A DNA stretch of 63,743 nt, filler included, from Lama guanicoe (GCA_013239625.1; 202 parts of 202 records of this genome joined end to end with filler, not necessarily neighbours in it); one strand, 5' to 3'; positions 12,539-26,541 are shown, counted from the whole stretch's first letter. Numbers and translations are program-made. The notes: generated from the letters alone by a model not told the origin.

Positions 12539-12954
12539 NNNNNNNNNNNNNNNNNNNNNNNNNNNNNNNNNNNNNNNNNNNNTTAATTAATTAANNNNNN
12601 NNNNNNNNNNNNNNNNNNNNNNNNNNNNNNNNNNNNNNTGTGATTTATTTTAACAATCCATAAAATATACCTTTTGAGATTCAATTTTACTGAAAATTTT
12701 ATTTTCTAATTTTACAGCATTTGAAAAACTTTACTCCATAAGAATTTGCACAAAATTTGAAGATTTTAAAGTAGAAATCATCATATGCCAAGAAGTTAAG
12801 TATTTAGATAATCAGCAGTTGGTTTTGTTCTATGTTATATTTCAATACATAATCNNNNNNNNNNNNNNNNNNNNNNNNNNNNNNNNNNNNNNNNNNNNTT
12901 AATTAATTAANNNNNNNNNNNNNNNNNNNNNNNNNNNNNNNNNNNNNNNNNNNN

Positions 12955-13486
12955 GCCCATGTTTTAATAGGATTTTATCATGTTGAATTGTATGAGTTCT
13001 TTACATACTGTGGACATTAATCTCCTATTGGATAGATTGCTTACAAATATCTTCCCTCATTCAGTAGGCTGCCTTTTTGTTTTCTCCTTAACAAAGACAG
13101 TGAGGGCCTCCTAAGTACAAAAACAAGCAAGACAGGAATTGAATACAGATTAAGTAACACAGAGGAGGTTNNNNNNNNNNNNNNNNNNNNNNNNNNNNNN
13201 NNNNNNNNNNNNNNTTAATTAATTAANNNNNNNNNNNNNNNNNNNNNNNNNNNNNNNNNNNNNNNNNNNNGCCCATGTTTTAATAGGATTTTATCATGTT
13301 GAATTGTATGAGTTCTTTATATACTGTGGACATTAATCTCCTATTGGATAGATTGCTTACACATATCTTCCCTCATTCAGTAGGCTACCTTTTTGTTTTC
13401 TCCTTAACAAAGACAGTGAGGGCCTCCTAAGTACAAGAACAAGCAAGACAGGAATTGAATACAGATTAAGTAACACAGAGGAGGTT
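12955..13486. repeat. Pair of near-identical contigs (12955-13170 and 13271-13486), likely allelic or recent paralogues; first half is antisense L1
   Basis: Same start and end, with four substitutions (C/T, A/C, G/A, A/G) in 216 bp. Confidence 0.95.
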
Positions 13487-14218
13487 NNNNNNNNNNNNNN
13501 NNNNNNNNNNNNNNNNNNNNNNNNNNNNNNTTAATTAATTAANNNNNNNNNNNNNNNNNNNNNNNNNNNNNNNNNNNNNNNNNNNNGAAGAGAGATCTGG
13601 AGGAAGGAGGCCCCCTTCCTGAGAACAGATATTTTGTGGCTCATAAAGAGATCCTTAAGTAGGATGCTGATAAATCTTCCCACATATTTAAATTTGGAGG
13701 TCCAAATTCTCATATGCACACTATAGGTACATAATAGTATGTCAAGATAAATATTTTTTTATGTTTCTATACATTTTTCTTCATCATTGGCTGACATTAG
13801 CANNNNNNNNNNNNNNNNNNNNNNNNNNNNNNNNNNNNNNNNNNNNTTAATTAATTAANNNNNNNNNNNNNNNNNNNNNNNNNNNNNNNNNNNNNNNNNN
13901 NNACTTGTTAAAAATGTGAACTAACAGGGCAGTGGAGTAGATATTTGAAACGAACATGTCACCCAAGGTTCTGTCAGCCATTCCCAGTTTTGGCTACAAC
14001 AGGTCCACAATAAGTGACGGACACCTCAAAGGTAACGTGATGCTAACACCGCCCACTTGAAGGGGTGGGGGGGGTGGGGGAGAGTTGAAGAATGGGCTTC
14101 TGCCCCCAATTCTACCACNNNNNNNNNNNNNNNNNNNNNNNNNNNNNNNNNNNNNNNNNNNNTTAATTAATTAANNNNNNNNNNNNNNNNNNNNNNNNNN
14201 NNNNNNNNNNNNNNNNNN

Positions 14219-14434
14219 TACCTCATTGTGGTTCTGATTTGCATTTCCCTGATGATTTAGTAATGGCAAGCATCTTTTCACGTGCCTATCGGTTATCTGC
14301 ATTTCCTCTTTGGAAAAATGCCCATTGAATTCTTCTGCCCATTTAAAAAAATTTTTTTGATGTTGATTTGTGTGAACTGTTTATATATGTTGGACACTAA
14401 CCCCTTATTGGTTATGTCATTTGCAAATTTCTTC
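14219..14434 (-). mobile_element. LINE-1 ORF2 3' fragment
   Basis: cctcattgtggttctgatttgcatttccctgatg is the antisense of the L1 REMQI.TTMRY region. Confidence 0.9.
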
Positions 14435-14850
14435 NNNNNNNNNNNNNNNNNNNNNNNNNNNNNNNNNNNNNNNNNNNNTTAATTAATTAANNNNNNNNNN
14501 NNNNNNNNNNNNNNNNNNNNNNNNNNNNNNNNNNTTTTTTTTATATACAAACCAGACACAAATTTGGACTACGTTTTCATAGCACTTTAACTTTAAAACT
14601 TATGTACTTACTACCTCAACTAAGATGCATTAATTGGCACCCCAGTAATAACTCAGATGCCCCCTCTGCAGGACCCAATCACTTCTCTTCCACTGTAAAT
14701 GCTCAATAAACAAATATTTGAATGATAACATATCACAGTCTTTAGAGTTANNNNNNNNNNNNNNNNNNNNNNNNNNNNNNNNNNNNNNNNNNNNTTAATT
14801 AATTAANNNNNNNNNNNNNNNNNNNNNNNNNNNNNNNNNNNNNNNNNNNN

Positions 14851-15066
14851 TATTGTTTACTATGTCTGCAAGTCTGTTTCTGTTTTGTAGATGAGTTCGC
14901 AGTATCCCTTTTTTTTTTAAGATTGCACATATAAGTGATATCATATGGCATTTTTATTTCTCTTTCTGGCTGACTTCACTTAGTATGATGATCTCCAGGA
15001 CAATCAATGTAGCTGCGAATGGCATTATTTTACTCTTTTTTATGGCTGCGTAGTATTCCATTGTAT
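14851..15066 (-). mobile_element. LINE-1 ORF2 end/3' UTR
   Basis: Homologous to 10743-10958 (gtagtattccattgt; cacatataagtgata). Confidence 0.9.
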
Positions 15067-15239
15067 NNNNNNNNNNNNNNNNNNNNNNNNNNNNNNNNNN
15101 NNNNNNNNNNTTAATTAATTAANNNNNNNNNNNNNNNNNNNNNNNNNNNNNNNNNNNNNNNNNNNNTAGAGGAGATTTGCAAACTTTTTGAATATGAATC
15201 AGGGGCGGAAGAGCAAGCAGCATTGCTGCCCAAGGATGC

Positions 15240-15382
15240 TGGGAACCAGGAGCTCTGCCATCCACCCGAGAGCAGGAAAGATGGGTGTCCCAGCTCAGGG
15301 ATGGAGGATCACCTTTCCTTTATCCTTTTGTTCCAATCAAGTCCTCAGTAGCCTGTGTGCTGCCCACCCACATTGGCAAGGG
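15240..15382 (-). mobile_element. ERVL LTR fragment (MLT2-like)
   Basis: gcaggaaagatgggtgtcccagctc...ccttttgttccaatcaagtcctcag...gcccacccacattggcaaggg. Confidence 0.65.
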
Positions 15383-16114
15383 NNNNNNNNNNNNNNNNNN
15401 NNNNNNNNNNNNNNNNNNNNNNNNNNTTAATTAATTAANNNNNNNNNNNNNNNNNNNNNNNNNNNNNNNNNNNNNNNNNNNNAGCCCTCACCAAGTTTCC
15501 AGAGGCATCCAGGTGACACCATTAATATTCTACTACTGAGAATGAGTAAACAATCTGAACAAGAACATTCCAACTAATCTTCATTGGGTATCTCTGCAAC
15601 TGTTTGACAGAGCTCAAGAGCAGGTATCATTACTGGGTTTAGAACAACATGCCTACTCATGGTGGAGGGGTGATGGGGAATGACCAAGCACATGCACANN
15701 NNNNNNNNNNNNNNNNNNNNNNNNNNNNNNNNNNNNNNNNNNTTAATTAATTAANNNNNNNNNNNNNNNNNNNNNNNNNNNNNNNNNNNNNNNNNNNNGC
15801 CACTGAGTAACCATTGAGCCCTTGCTGCAGATGTTCCACCAGATCAGTGAGAAGGACGCTCTCCACTCCCCATATTATAGCTCCCAGGATGGGGAGGCAT
15901 GCCGGGATAGGAAAGGGATAGGTATGGACTCTGTCCTCCAGCCCCTCTCTGCTTTTCTGGAGCAACCAAAGCCCCAGTTACAGCTTTGACTTCTTTCCTC
16001 AGACCTTTGCCTTCNNNNNNNNNNNNNNNNNNNNNNNNNNNNNNNNNNNNNNNNNNNNTTAATTAATTAANNNNNNNNNNNNNNNNNNNNNNNNNNNNNN
16101 NNNNNNNNNNNNNN

Positions 16115-16329
16115 GGGAAAGGGTTGCAGGAGAAACACTTACTCTGGATTCTCAGGGTGTTTCCTTGTGCCGGTTTGCAGTTCCTGCGGGTTTCACAGTG
16201 AATCCGAGTTGGAGCTTGTACCTTCTCATATATATGAATGTAGTGGTGTTTGCAACTGAAAAGAAACTTTCTGTTCCCAACAAGCTAGGTGAAGAAAGGC
16301 TTTCACACACACTTATCTCTCAGAACTGA
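16115..16329. repeat. Satellite-like monomer fragment (~247-bp family), copy 2
   Basis: Reverse-complement homologue of 6005-6218; same orientation as 39498-39713 but circularly permuted relative to it. Confidence 0.8.
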
Positions 16330-19300
16330 NNNNNNNNNNNNNNNNNNNNNNNNNNNNNNNNNNNNNNNNNNNNTTAATTAATTAANNNNNNNNNNNNNNN
16401 NNNNNNNNNNNNNNNNNNNNNNNNNNNNNTTATTAAGTGATTTCCTAGTCTTACTTCTTTGACTATTAAATTTAAAAGTTAAAATGTAACAGTAAATAAT
16501 GAAATAATAAAGAAAAATTATTTTAAATAACTAAAAATGAAAATTTAGATGATTACATTGTTCACATGGGAGAATTCTGGCAGAAGAACAAAAAAATGAA
16601 ATTGAAGAGTGTTTTTGAATTTATGATTTCTATTTAAAATACAAANNNNNNNNNNNNNNNNNNNNNNNNNNNNNNNNNNNNNNNNNNNNTTAATTAATTA
16701 ANNNNNNNNNNNNNNNNNNNNNNNNNNNNNNNNNNNNNNNNNNNNAGTTACCTGTTGAGGGGATGGCAGGGATTGCCGGGTGCAATTAAGCTGTCTGCTA
16801 GCAGAGCCTTCAGAAGTAGTCTTCCTACACCCACAGTATCTGTGGTGTTTGGCCAACCTGTCTGCTGAGGGAGGCGTTTGGTCTACAGTCAGGCAGACCT
16901 TTCTTGCACCACCCACCCCAGCACCCGCAGCTGAATCTCCTCCAGGAAGCCTTCGATGTCTNNNNNNNNNNNNNNNNNNNNNNNNNNNNNNNNNNNNNNN
17001 NNNNNTTAATTAATTAANNNNNNNNNNNNNNNNNNNNNNNNNNNNNNNNNNNNNNNNNNNNGTCGCAGAATCTGGGCAAAGGTGACATGAAGACAACAAA
17101 CTGAACTTCTTGGGAGCAGGGCTACGTGAAGTCAGAATAATCTGCACAACATTTTTCTTCTCCCCCAGATTAACACTTACAACACTTCATGATCTTGATT
17201 AGAATCCTTTTTCCTAGTCTCAAATGTGTATTTACGGTTAATTATAATCTTACAATTCTAAGTCTGGATCTTTTAGANNNNNNNNNNNNNNNNNNNNNNN
17301 NNNNNNNNNNNNNNNNNNNNNTTAATTAATTAANNNNNNNNNNNNNNNNNNNNNNNNNNNNNNNNNNNNNNNNNNNNGCTGGATGAAGAAAAAGGACCTT
17401 AGTACTGTGGTCAAATTTTACAGAGGAATGACCTGTCTCATCGTCCACGCTGAGTTGAATTAGAAGAAACCTTATAAATTATAAATATACAGAGTTCAAG
17501 TAAAGGGGAACCAAGTAGTCATGACTGTAACAACCAAAATTAGGAGGAGATGTGAGAGAAAATGCATTTAAGTTGTGAATTAATAAATGAGGCNNNNNNN
17601 NNNNNNNNNNNNNNNNNNNNNNNNNNNNNNNNNNNNNTTAATTAATTAANNNNNNNNNNNNNNNNNNNNNNNNNNNNNNNNNNNNNNNNNNNNGTACACT
17701 GAGGCCAGAGCAGTAAATCACAGTGTTCCTGCTCCCAGAAACTGCGTTCTAGTGGCAGAGAGTCAAGTCCCCCCCACTTGGCTCCCCTCTTACCCCAGCT
17801 TGTCTCCAATTCCAGCACCGCTGCCGTGCACACACAGGCTAAAGCTTTGCCTCTCCCGCGGGGGCTGCCCCCTGGTCCTCCCAGCACTGCCCCTGCTTCT
17901 CACGGTGGCNNNNNNNNNNNNNNNNNNNNNNNNNNNNNNNNNNNNNNNNNNNNTTAATTAATTAANNNNNNNNNNNNNNNNNNNNNNNNNNNNNNNNNNN
18001 NNNNNNNNNTATTTTATCCTGTTATTGCATTGATTTTGAAGAGATTTAAGTGCATCCCGCACTCCTTTACCTAAACGGTCAGAACTTCTTTTCAAAAAAT
18101 TTCAACCTCCTGGTTTTCTAAAGATCAGTTAGTTACCCTGTTGAGAACAAGGGAAAATCGAGAGAAGGGAGATGGTCTCAGCCGTCTCTGTGTCAACTCC
18201 ATTTTTATAGCCTCTGTCTTGCTGANNNNNNNNNNNNNNNNNNNNNNNNNNNNNNNNNNNNNNNNNNNNTTAATTAATTAANNNNNNNNNNNNNNNNNNN
18301 NNNNNNNNNNNNNNNNNNNNNNNNNACATTGTATGCAGCAGAAAAAAGTGAAAAATATTTTAAATATCCTTCAATATAAATATTCAATATGTTATGGTAG
18401 ATCTATATGATGATACCACATACAATTGTGGAAAAGAATAAGTTGACTTAAATTTTCTGACTTACAATGATTTTTCACACTTATTCAAGAATCACAGTAG
18501 TTTACATATGTGTGACCTCATTTATGTTTTTATAGTATTTTNNNNNNNNNNNNNNNNNNNNNNNNNNNNNNNNNNNNNNNNNNNNTTAATTAATTAANNN
18601 NNNNNNNNNNNNNNNNNNNNNNNNNNNNNNNNNNNNNNNNNGGAACACACAATGCAATGCATTACAGTACAAAGAAGGCATTGAAGAACCTGCTGCCCTG
18701 CCTGGTGCATTTGACTCTGCAGTGGGCATAAGGCTAAAGGGGGAAGGACAGTGAAGAAAGAAAGAACAGACCATACCACAACCAGCTGCTGATTACCCGT
18801 CAGTCACCCCTACCGCTGATTTATAAACCCATCTTCTAAAGCTCCATCTTTCCTTTCNNNNNNNNNNNNNNNNNNNNNNNNNNNNNNNNNNNNNNNNNNN
18901 NTTAATTAATTAANNNNNNNNNNNNNNNNNNNNNNNNNNNNNNNNNNNNNNNNNNNNCCCCCGGGCTCCCCCTTCTTCTGAGAGCAGCCCCCACCCAGCC
19001 CCACGGCACCAGGCCAAGGCCCTCCCATCCCTGCAGCTTGACCCAGGCTATCTAAGGAGGCCTCAGAGTCTGGGCCTAGCCCCCACAAGTTGCTGGAGGC
19101 AGGTGGGATAAGATTTCCCTGTGCCCCCCAAGACCACCCTCACCCATGGGACCTGGGAAAGGTGTGAGGAGTGNNNNNNNNNNNNNNNNNNNNNNNNNNN
19201 NNNNNNNNNNNNNNNNNTTAATTAATTAANNNNNNNNNNNNNNNNNNNNNNNNNNNNNNNNNNNNNNNNNNNNAGATTCGAGGGAGGAGCCTGTGTGCTG

Positions 19301-21211
19301 GGGGATGGACGGGGGTGGGGGGGCGTCTCCCCATTCCGTGGCCGCTGACTTTATAACCACTCACTTTTGAATTATTTGCATTGTGTTCCCTCAATACACC
19401 CTCTTCTCTCCCCTCTTTTACGTTAAGTACAGCGGTTTGGAAGCAAAGTGTCTCAGAAGGAACAAAAATTGAAATAGACTGACATCAGGNNNNNNNNNNN
19501 NNNNNNNNNNNNNNNNNNNNNNNNNNNNNNNNNTTAATTAATTAANNNNNNNNNNNNNNNNNNNNNNNNNNNNNNNNNNNNNNNNNNNNGTCAAGCACGT
19601 CTCCGAGGCCAGGTCCTCCTGCCTCGAAACAATGCACCCCTAGGCCAGCCGGCTCCTGAGGCGCCAGGCCGGGACAGTGAGCCAGCCTGGATACCAGGCA
19701 GCGGGGGCACCGAGTGGGCTGGGACACGGAGCCGATGGGCACAGTGGCCTCTGGCTTCATTCCTCAGTCACACCGCCGCACCGCCGACAACCAACCAGAG
19801 TCCAGNNNNNNNNNNNNNNNNNNNNNNNNNNNNNNNNNNNNNNNNNNNNTTAATTAATTAANNNNNNNNNNNNNNNNNNNNNNNNNNNNNNNNNNNNNNN
19901 NNNNNTTTTTCCATGGAATTACCATAGGTAATTTATCATAGAAAATTAGCCCATTTCATGAGGAAAAACACCAAGAAGGTCAGGAAAGCTGGGAACGGAT
20001 AATGACCCACACATACTACACAGTTTGTAGATAACAGAGATTTGTTTGTCTGTTTCCCCTCCGGGAAGACTCTGGTGAATATAAAACATTACCTCCTTAT
20101 TCAGCATTAATCACAGCAAACNNNNNNNNNNNNNNNNNNNNNNNNNNNNNNNNNNNNNNNNNNNNTTAATTAATTAANNNNNNNNNNNNNNNNNNNNNNN
20201 NNNNNNNNNNNNNNNNNNNNNCACACCCTGCATCCTTCTTTTGGTGGTCTTACCTGTGCCTGCAGTGGGCATGAGCTGGGGTGCTGGGGCGGGGAGGGAG
20301 CAGAACCCTGCCGAGGGTCACTCAGACCGGGACTTAGAGCCGGGTGGCCCTGCCTTCTCACAGGTGGGTGTCCTTGGACAAGAGGCCCCCCCCGGGGCAC
20401 CCCTCCTCTCACCTGGGGCTTGTGTTTGGGAAGCCAGNNNNNNNNNNNNNNNNNNNNNNNNNNNNNNNNNNNNNNNNNNNNTTAATTAATTAANNNNNNN
20501 NNNNNNNNNNNNNNNNNNNNNNNNNNNNNNNNNNNNNAACTTGTAGTCCAGTGAGCTTTGTGGACTCCCCATCAAGTCTAATCTCCATTTGTCCTTCCTT
20601 CTCCTCTCAACACACCACCCCATCGGAGACCCAAGAGGGTTTGTAACTATGTGTCATCATAGGAGGTCTCTAGAGACCAGATGAACAGGGCTTCTGAAAG
20701 CAATAATGGACTTCCTATAGGGTCTCTGTTCACATCTCTGTTTTACAAAACCANNNNNNNNNNNNNNNNNNNNNNNNNNNNNNNNNNNNNNNNNNNNTTA
20801 ATTAATTAANNNNNNNNNNNNNNNNNNNNNNNNNNNNNNNNNNNNNNNNNNNNCTCCTTAGGTTGGAAAGGGCCAGCGTTTCCCATGTGTGCAGTCCTGG
20901 TGTTTCAAATGAGTTCTGGGGTGGGGTGGTGGACATGGTACTGCCTTCAGTCAGTCCGTCCTGAGTAACCCCCGGCAGTGAAGGGGCGAGGGTGTTGCAA
21001 CCTCACGAACCAGCCGCCACGCTTTCCGGGGTGTGTGCTCATCTCAGCTCATCCCGGCTCAGGTGATGGNNNNNNNNNNNNNNNNNNNNNNNNNNNNNNN
21101 NNNNNNNNNNNNNTTAATTAATTAANNNNNNNNNNNNNNNNNNNNNNNNNNNNNNNNNNNNNNNNNNNNATATTATTACTGAAAGTATTTTATTTGCTTA
21201 CTTGTTTATTA

Positions 21212-21385
21212 CCGTAGCTCCCCACCCCCTTATCTACATTTTCGCTTTCAGTTGACTCTGTGGTCAACTGAGGTCCACAAATATTAAATGGGAAATTCCA
21301 GAAGTAAAGAACTTGTAAGTTTTAAATCGCATGCCGTTCTGAGTAGCACGATGAAATCGTGCACCATTCCTCTCCATCCCGCCCA
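21212..21385 (+). mobile_element. TcMar-Tigger DNA transposon fragment (MER44/Tigger7-like)
   Basis: Starts after a TA dinucleotide; cccccttatc...ggtcaactgaggtccacaaatattaaatgggaaattccagaa...gttctgagtagcacgatgaaatc matches the MER44 pattern. Confidence 0.8.
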
Positions 21386-21834
21386 NNNNNNNNNNNNNNN
21401 NNNNNNNNNNNNNNNNNNNNNNNNNNNNNTTAATTAATTAANNNNNNNNNNNNNNNNNNNNNNNNNNNNNNNNNNNNNNNNNNNNGCTCTCCTTGAAGAG
21501 GAGGACCCTGGGGTAAAGAAGTCGTAGAGAGTGTACTGATGAGGTTTTATTAGTGATCAATGCAACAGCAATAGACTGTGAGTGTGAAGATAAAGGAAGA
21601 GTCATTCAATCCACCGTGATTTCTGAATGCTGAACTTCGACCAGCCGCTACGTGTGCTCTGGAAAGGAAATGAGGTCTAGTCCACCATGAACGTACCATC
21701 CNNNNNNNNNNNNNNNNNNNNNNNNNNNNNNNNNNNNNNNNNNNNTTAATTAATTAANNNNNNNNNNNNNNNNNNNNNNNNNNNNNNNNNNNNNNNNNNN
21801 NTGGTCTCAGAGCAGAGCTCAGGGCACCTACACC

Positions 21835-21880
21835 ATGGCCTGGACCCCTCACCTGCTGTCCGTCCTCTCTCTCTGTACAG
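21835..21880 (+). CDS. IGLV: Immunoglobulin lambda variable gene leader exon (L-PART1), IGLV3-like; partial gene
   Basis: CACCATGG Kozak context; the 46-nt exon encodes MAWTPHLLSVLSLCT+G, then a GT donor at 21881. The intron runs to a pyrimidine tract at the contig end. Confidence 0.88.
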
Positions 21881-24800
21881 GTGCTGCCACAGGACTCAGA
21901 CCCCTGGGTACCCAGACATCAGCCGGGCCCTAAATGTCAGCTCAGCACAGGGAATTCTGTGGGGTGCGTGGTCCTAGGGAATGACACACTGGCCCCCACC
22001 CTCACTCTCCTCTCCTCNNNNNNNNNNNNNNNNNNNNNNNNNNNNNNNNNNNNNNNNNNNNTTAATTAATTAANNNNNNNNNNNNNNNNNNNNNNNNNNN
22101 NNNNNNNNNNNNNNNNNTGGTTTTATGTTACCACTACTTAAAATATTTCATAAAGAAAGGCTTGAATGACTGGTCCTAAGTTGTACCCTGTCTTCAAGGC
22201 CCTATATCAAACAGGCCACTTCTGCCATGAAGCCTTAAAGACACCCCCAGCTGGAATTAATTTTGTCTTTTCTGACTTTCATAGCACTTCTCTGTAACCA
22301 CTAAAGGCATCTAGCATTTTTTACCTCTTTTTTNNNNNNNNNNNNNNNNNNNNNNNNNNNNNNNNNNNNNNNNNNNNTTAATTAATTAANNNNNNNNNNN
22401 NNNNNNNNNNNNNNNNNNNNNNNNNNNNNNNNNCGCCCCACCTACCTAGTTCAGGTCCTTGACACATACCATTTGAACAATTTGCTTGTCCCTTAGTTGG
22501 TCACTTTCCTTCCCGGGTCCCCCCACCTTCGTTCATTATTTCCCTCATTCCGTGGTTATCTTTTGAACACAGAATCTGATCCCGTGATATCCCTGCTTAT
22601 AAACCTCCAGGGCTCCCTATCCCCTCCAGAAGGATCAACCTTCATTCTGNNNNNNNNNNNNNNNNNNNNNNNNNNNNNNNNNNNNNNNNNNNNTTAATTA
22701 ATTAANNNNNNNNNNNNNNNNNNNNNNNNNNNNNNNNNNNNNNNNNNNNCATTATAACTGAGCTAATGTAAATTCTTCACGTTTAACTATAAATCAGTTA
22801 ATGGCTTATCATTTAAAAAGAAAAGCATCTGTTTGGGGTACTTTTAGAACTATAAACATACTATAAAAAGTACAGTTTTTAGTGCAGAAAATTTGGAAAA
22901 AATATAACCAAAATATAGGTAATTCCATTATCCTAAAATAAGTAATTTATAAGATTGTTATATTANNNNNNNNNNNNNNNNNNNNNNNNNNNNNNNNNNN
23001 NNNNNNNNNTTAATTAATTAANNNNNNNNNNNNNNNNNNNNNNNNNNNNNNNNNNNNNNNNNNNNCCATTATTTTCATCCTTCCCCATTGACCTTATTTC
23101 AGACCCTGACAACTTTTCCTTGCTCCAAAGAGCCTTCCTCCAGGTGAGATGCTGTTAAACTAGCTGGTACAACTGTTGTTTAGATTCCCGTAGTTCAACA
23201 GAAAAATCCTGGGTACTCATTTGCACTTTTACAGATTTTCCTAGTGAGCCATTCAAGTTTTCTTGCCTCCTTCTTCCCAGANNNNNNNNNNNNNNNNNNN
23301 NNNNNNNNNNNNNNNNNNNNNNNNNTTAATTAATTAANNNNNNNNNNNNNNNNNNNNNNNNNNNNNNNNNNNNNNNNNNNNTCTGTGACAGACCCCAGAT
23401 TTCTGTCTGAGCACATGACCATCTAGAATATAGCCCGCATTTCTCAGCCTCCCTGAGCGGACCAACTGACTAGGTTTTGGCCAATGGGATAACAGGAGAA
23501 GTGGCTTATATGACTTCAGGGATAGGTTCTAAAGGAAAGGAAGAGGGCCATTCTTTATTCTTTCTGTTTACTGCTAGGTAGAATGTTGTAACATAAGNNN
23601 NNNNNNNNNNNNNNNNNNNNNNNNNNNNNNNNNNNNNNNNNTTAATTAATTAANNNNNNNNNNNNNNNNNNNNNNNNNNNNNNNNNNNNNNNNNNNNGGT
23701 TTCAAAAACTATGAAGCCACACGTATGCCAGTGTACAAATATAACATCACAGTATGCAAAAACAAATAACGGTTCCCATAGTCGACTAGCACAGTGTACC
23801 CATCATGAAAATTCATGAAACAAATATTTGTTAAATGAGCAAAAACAAATATATTTTAGCAATAATAAATATAATAATATTTCATGAGTATTTTCTAGGT
23901 TGTGACTATCTGTNNNNNNNNNNNNNNNNNNNNNNNNNNNNNNNNNNNNNNNNNNNNTTAATTAATTAANNNNNNNNNNNNNNNNNNNNNNNNNNNNNNN
24001 NNNNNNNNNNNNNCAATTTCCTTATGTAGTAATTTTAAGCTTATTTCTGGTTAAAAAAAAAACGTAAGAAATATTCCACTGATAAGTTTATCAAATTTTA
24101 GAGATTACGCCTGATTCATTTATATAATTGTCACATCTCTTATTGTTTTTTACACATAATGGAGTTAATAAAATTTCAAGCTAAAAATTAAAATGAAATC
24201 TTCAATAGATGTTCTCTAAAATTTGAAATNNNNNNNNNNNNNNNNNNNNNNNNNNNNNNNNNNNNNNNNNNNNTTAATTAATTAANNNNNNNNNNNNNNN
24301 NNNNNNNNNNNNNNNNNNNNNNNNNNNNNACAGTGTGTTAGTATAGTAGCACAGAAAGGAATTTATAAATATTTCAGGGGGAGCTTGCTCAGTTTTCCTT
24401 GCAGGTGGGGAAAAAAAGGAGGACTAGTTTAGTGTCTAGGGCAGTGTCTAAAGCCACAGATTCAGTGGTCTTTGTGGCCTAGTTCATGGTCCACAGAGGA
24501 AATCTGTCCCCCAGCCCCTGCTGTGGTTCTTATCCATGTGCACAANNNNNNNNNNNNNNNNNNNNNNNNNNNNNNNNNNNNNNNNNNNNTTAATTAATTA
24601 ANNNNNNNNNNNNNNNNNNNNNNNNNNNNNNNNNNNNNNNNNNNNCTGCTCACCATTTGTTCACCCAGCAGGAGTACCTGGCACACTGAACAAACGAATG
24701 AACAGAATGATGGACGAACAATCGGATGAATGGGCGCACTCCCCCAGGTTGGCATTCTTACCCTAGTTTTCCAGTGAGGAGGGTAACTGACTTCTCCAAA

Positions 24801-25909
24801 GCTACTTGGCAACCAGCCCGTGGGACTGGGACTCACAACCAGATCTGTGCAGCCCCAGTCTNNNNNNNNNNNNNNNNNNNNNNNNNNNNNNNNNNNNNNN
24901 NNNNNTTAATTAATTAANNNNNNNNNNNNNNNNNNNNNNNNNNNNNNNNNNNNNNNNNNNNTCTGACCAGCCTAAGGAGAAAGGCTAACACCATGCCAAG
25001 AGTCCAGACATACTCGCTTTACAGATAATAAGCTCCACCCGAGCACTCAGAGCATCCAATCCACGTTAGTCTCCACTTTTAAATGTAAACAGACAGCTGT
25101 CAGGGGTGGACATACAGCTAAGAAAATCCTCTAATATAACAGAAACAAAAATGATCAGAAAAAGAAGCAAACTGAAANNNNNNNNNNNNNNNNNNNNNNN
25201 NNNNNNNNNNNNNNNNNNNNNTTAATTAATTAANNNNNNNNNNNNNNNNNNNNNNNNNNNNNNNNNNNNNNNNNNNNCCCCATATAATTTCAGGGCTTTA
25301 TCTCTCTCCTCCTTCAGTGAAGCATTTCTTGAATATCATATTTAAAATTGCAATCCCCCTGCCATGTCACTTTCCATCCCTTTTCTTATTTAATTTATTG
25401 TACTTCATCAGTTAACTATCTGGCAAACCTTATATTTTAATTTTTAAAAATTGCTGGTCTCCCTTCTATTAGAATTTATAATTCATGTATCATNNNNNNN
25501 NNNNNNNNNNNNNNNNNNNNNNNNNNNNNNNNNNNNNTTAATTAATTAANNNNNNNNNNNNNNNNNNNNNNNNNNNNNNNNNNNNNNNNNNNNGCAGGTA
25601 GCAGAGCTGTGGGACCTGACAGCCACCTCACCAGGAAAGCCCGAGGGAGGCTAGGACTTCGGGTGGGGCTGTGGAACTGTGACGCTGTGAGAGAATTTAT
25701 TAAAAAAAAATGCTACTCCAACTGGATTCAGAAGCCTATGTGCGTTTCAGAGGAAAAAGGTATGTGGATACTAACTCTCCACCCCACTGCCTCACGGTTC
25801 ACCTGTGATNNNNNNNNNNNNNNNNNNNNNNNNNNNNNNNNNNNNNNNNNNNNTTAATTAATTAANNNNNNNNNNNNNNNNNNNNNNNNNNNNNNNNNNN
25901 NNNNNNNNN

Positions 25910-26125
25910 GTAGAGGCCGTGAGTGTCGCCTGTAGAATTAGACTGCCCGGCTTTGAGTTGCTGCTCCACCACTTACAAGCCATAGGACCTGGGACAGGGT
26001 AGTCTTCTTATATGAAAAGTGGGAGTTGGTCTACCTATGGCAATGTCACGAGGATTAAAGGAGCTAACATACACAAAGCACTCAGAATAGTACCTGGCAC
26101 TGAACAAGGGCTGAAAAATATCAGC
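25910..26125 (+). mobile_element. MIR SINE (degenerate)
   Basis: ctgctccaccacttac...gaggattaaaggagctaacatacacaaagcactcagaatagtacctggcac MIR core and 3' motifs. Confidence 0.7.
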
Positions 26126-26541
26126 NNNNNNNNNNNNNNNNNNNNNNNNNNNNNNNNNNNNNNNNNNNNTTAATTAATTAANNNNNNNNNNNNNNNNNNN
26201 NNNNNNNNNNNNNNNNNNNNNNNNNAGTGAAAGGAAGATGCTATTTCTTTGGTGCTGTATTTTGTCTCATTATTCTTTTTTCTTAGTTTTTATTTTTGTA
26301 TGTAGTTTTCCATACAGGTGATAGAAAATAAAATAAGAAACATATTTAAGGACTTCCCTGTGTACTTAATTATCTTTAAGGGTACATGGTTAGGATCATT
26401 TTGTTAAGGTGGTATCCAGCAACTTTTTCCATTGCAAAGCTNNNNNNNNNNNNNNNNNNNNNNNNNNNNNNNNNNNNNNNNNNNNTTAATTAATTAANNN
26501 NNNNNNNNNNNNNNNNNNNNNNNNNNNNNNNNNNNNNNNNN

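Noticed and set aside
20678..20740. Imperfect inverted repeat (gatgaacag ... ctgttcacatc) as a miRNA-like hairpin
   Set aside because: The stem is short and interrupted with a large loop; no further support.
25725..25765. CCP/sushi domain end (CYSNWIQKPMC) before a GT donor
   Set aside because: Only a short W-x3-P-x-C resemblance; the upstream sequence has no CCP pattern or acceptor.
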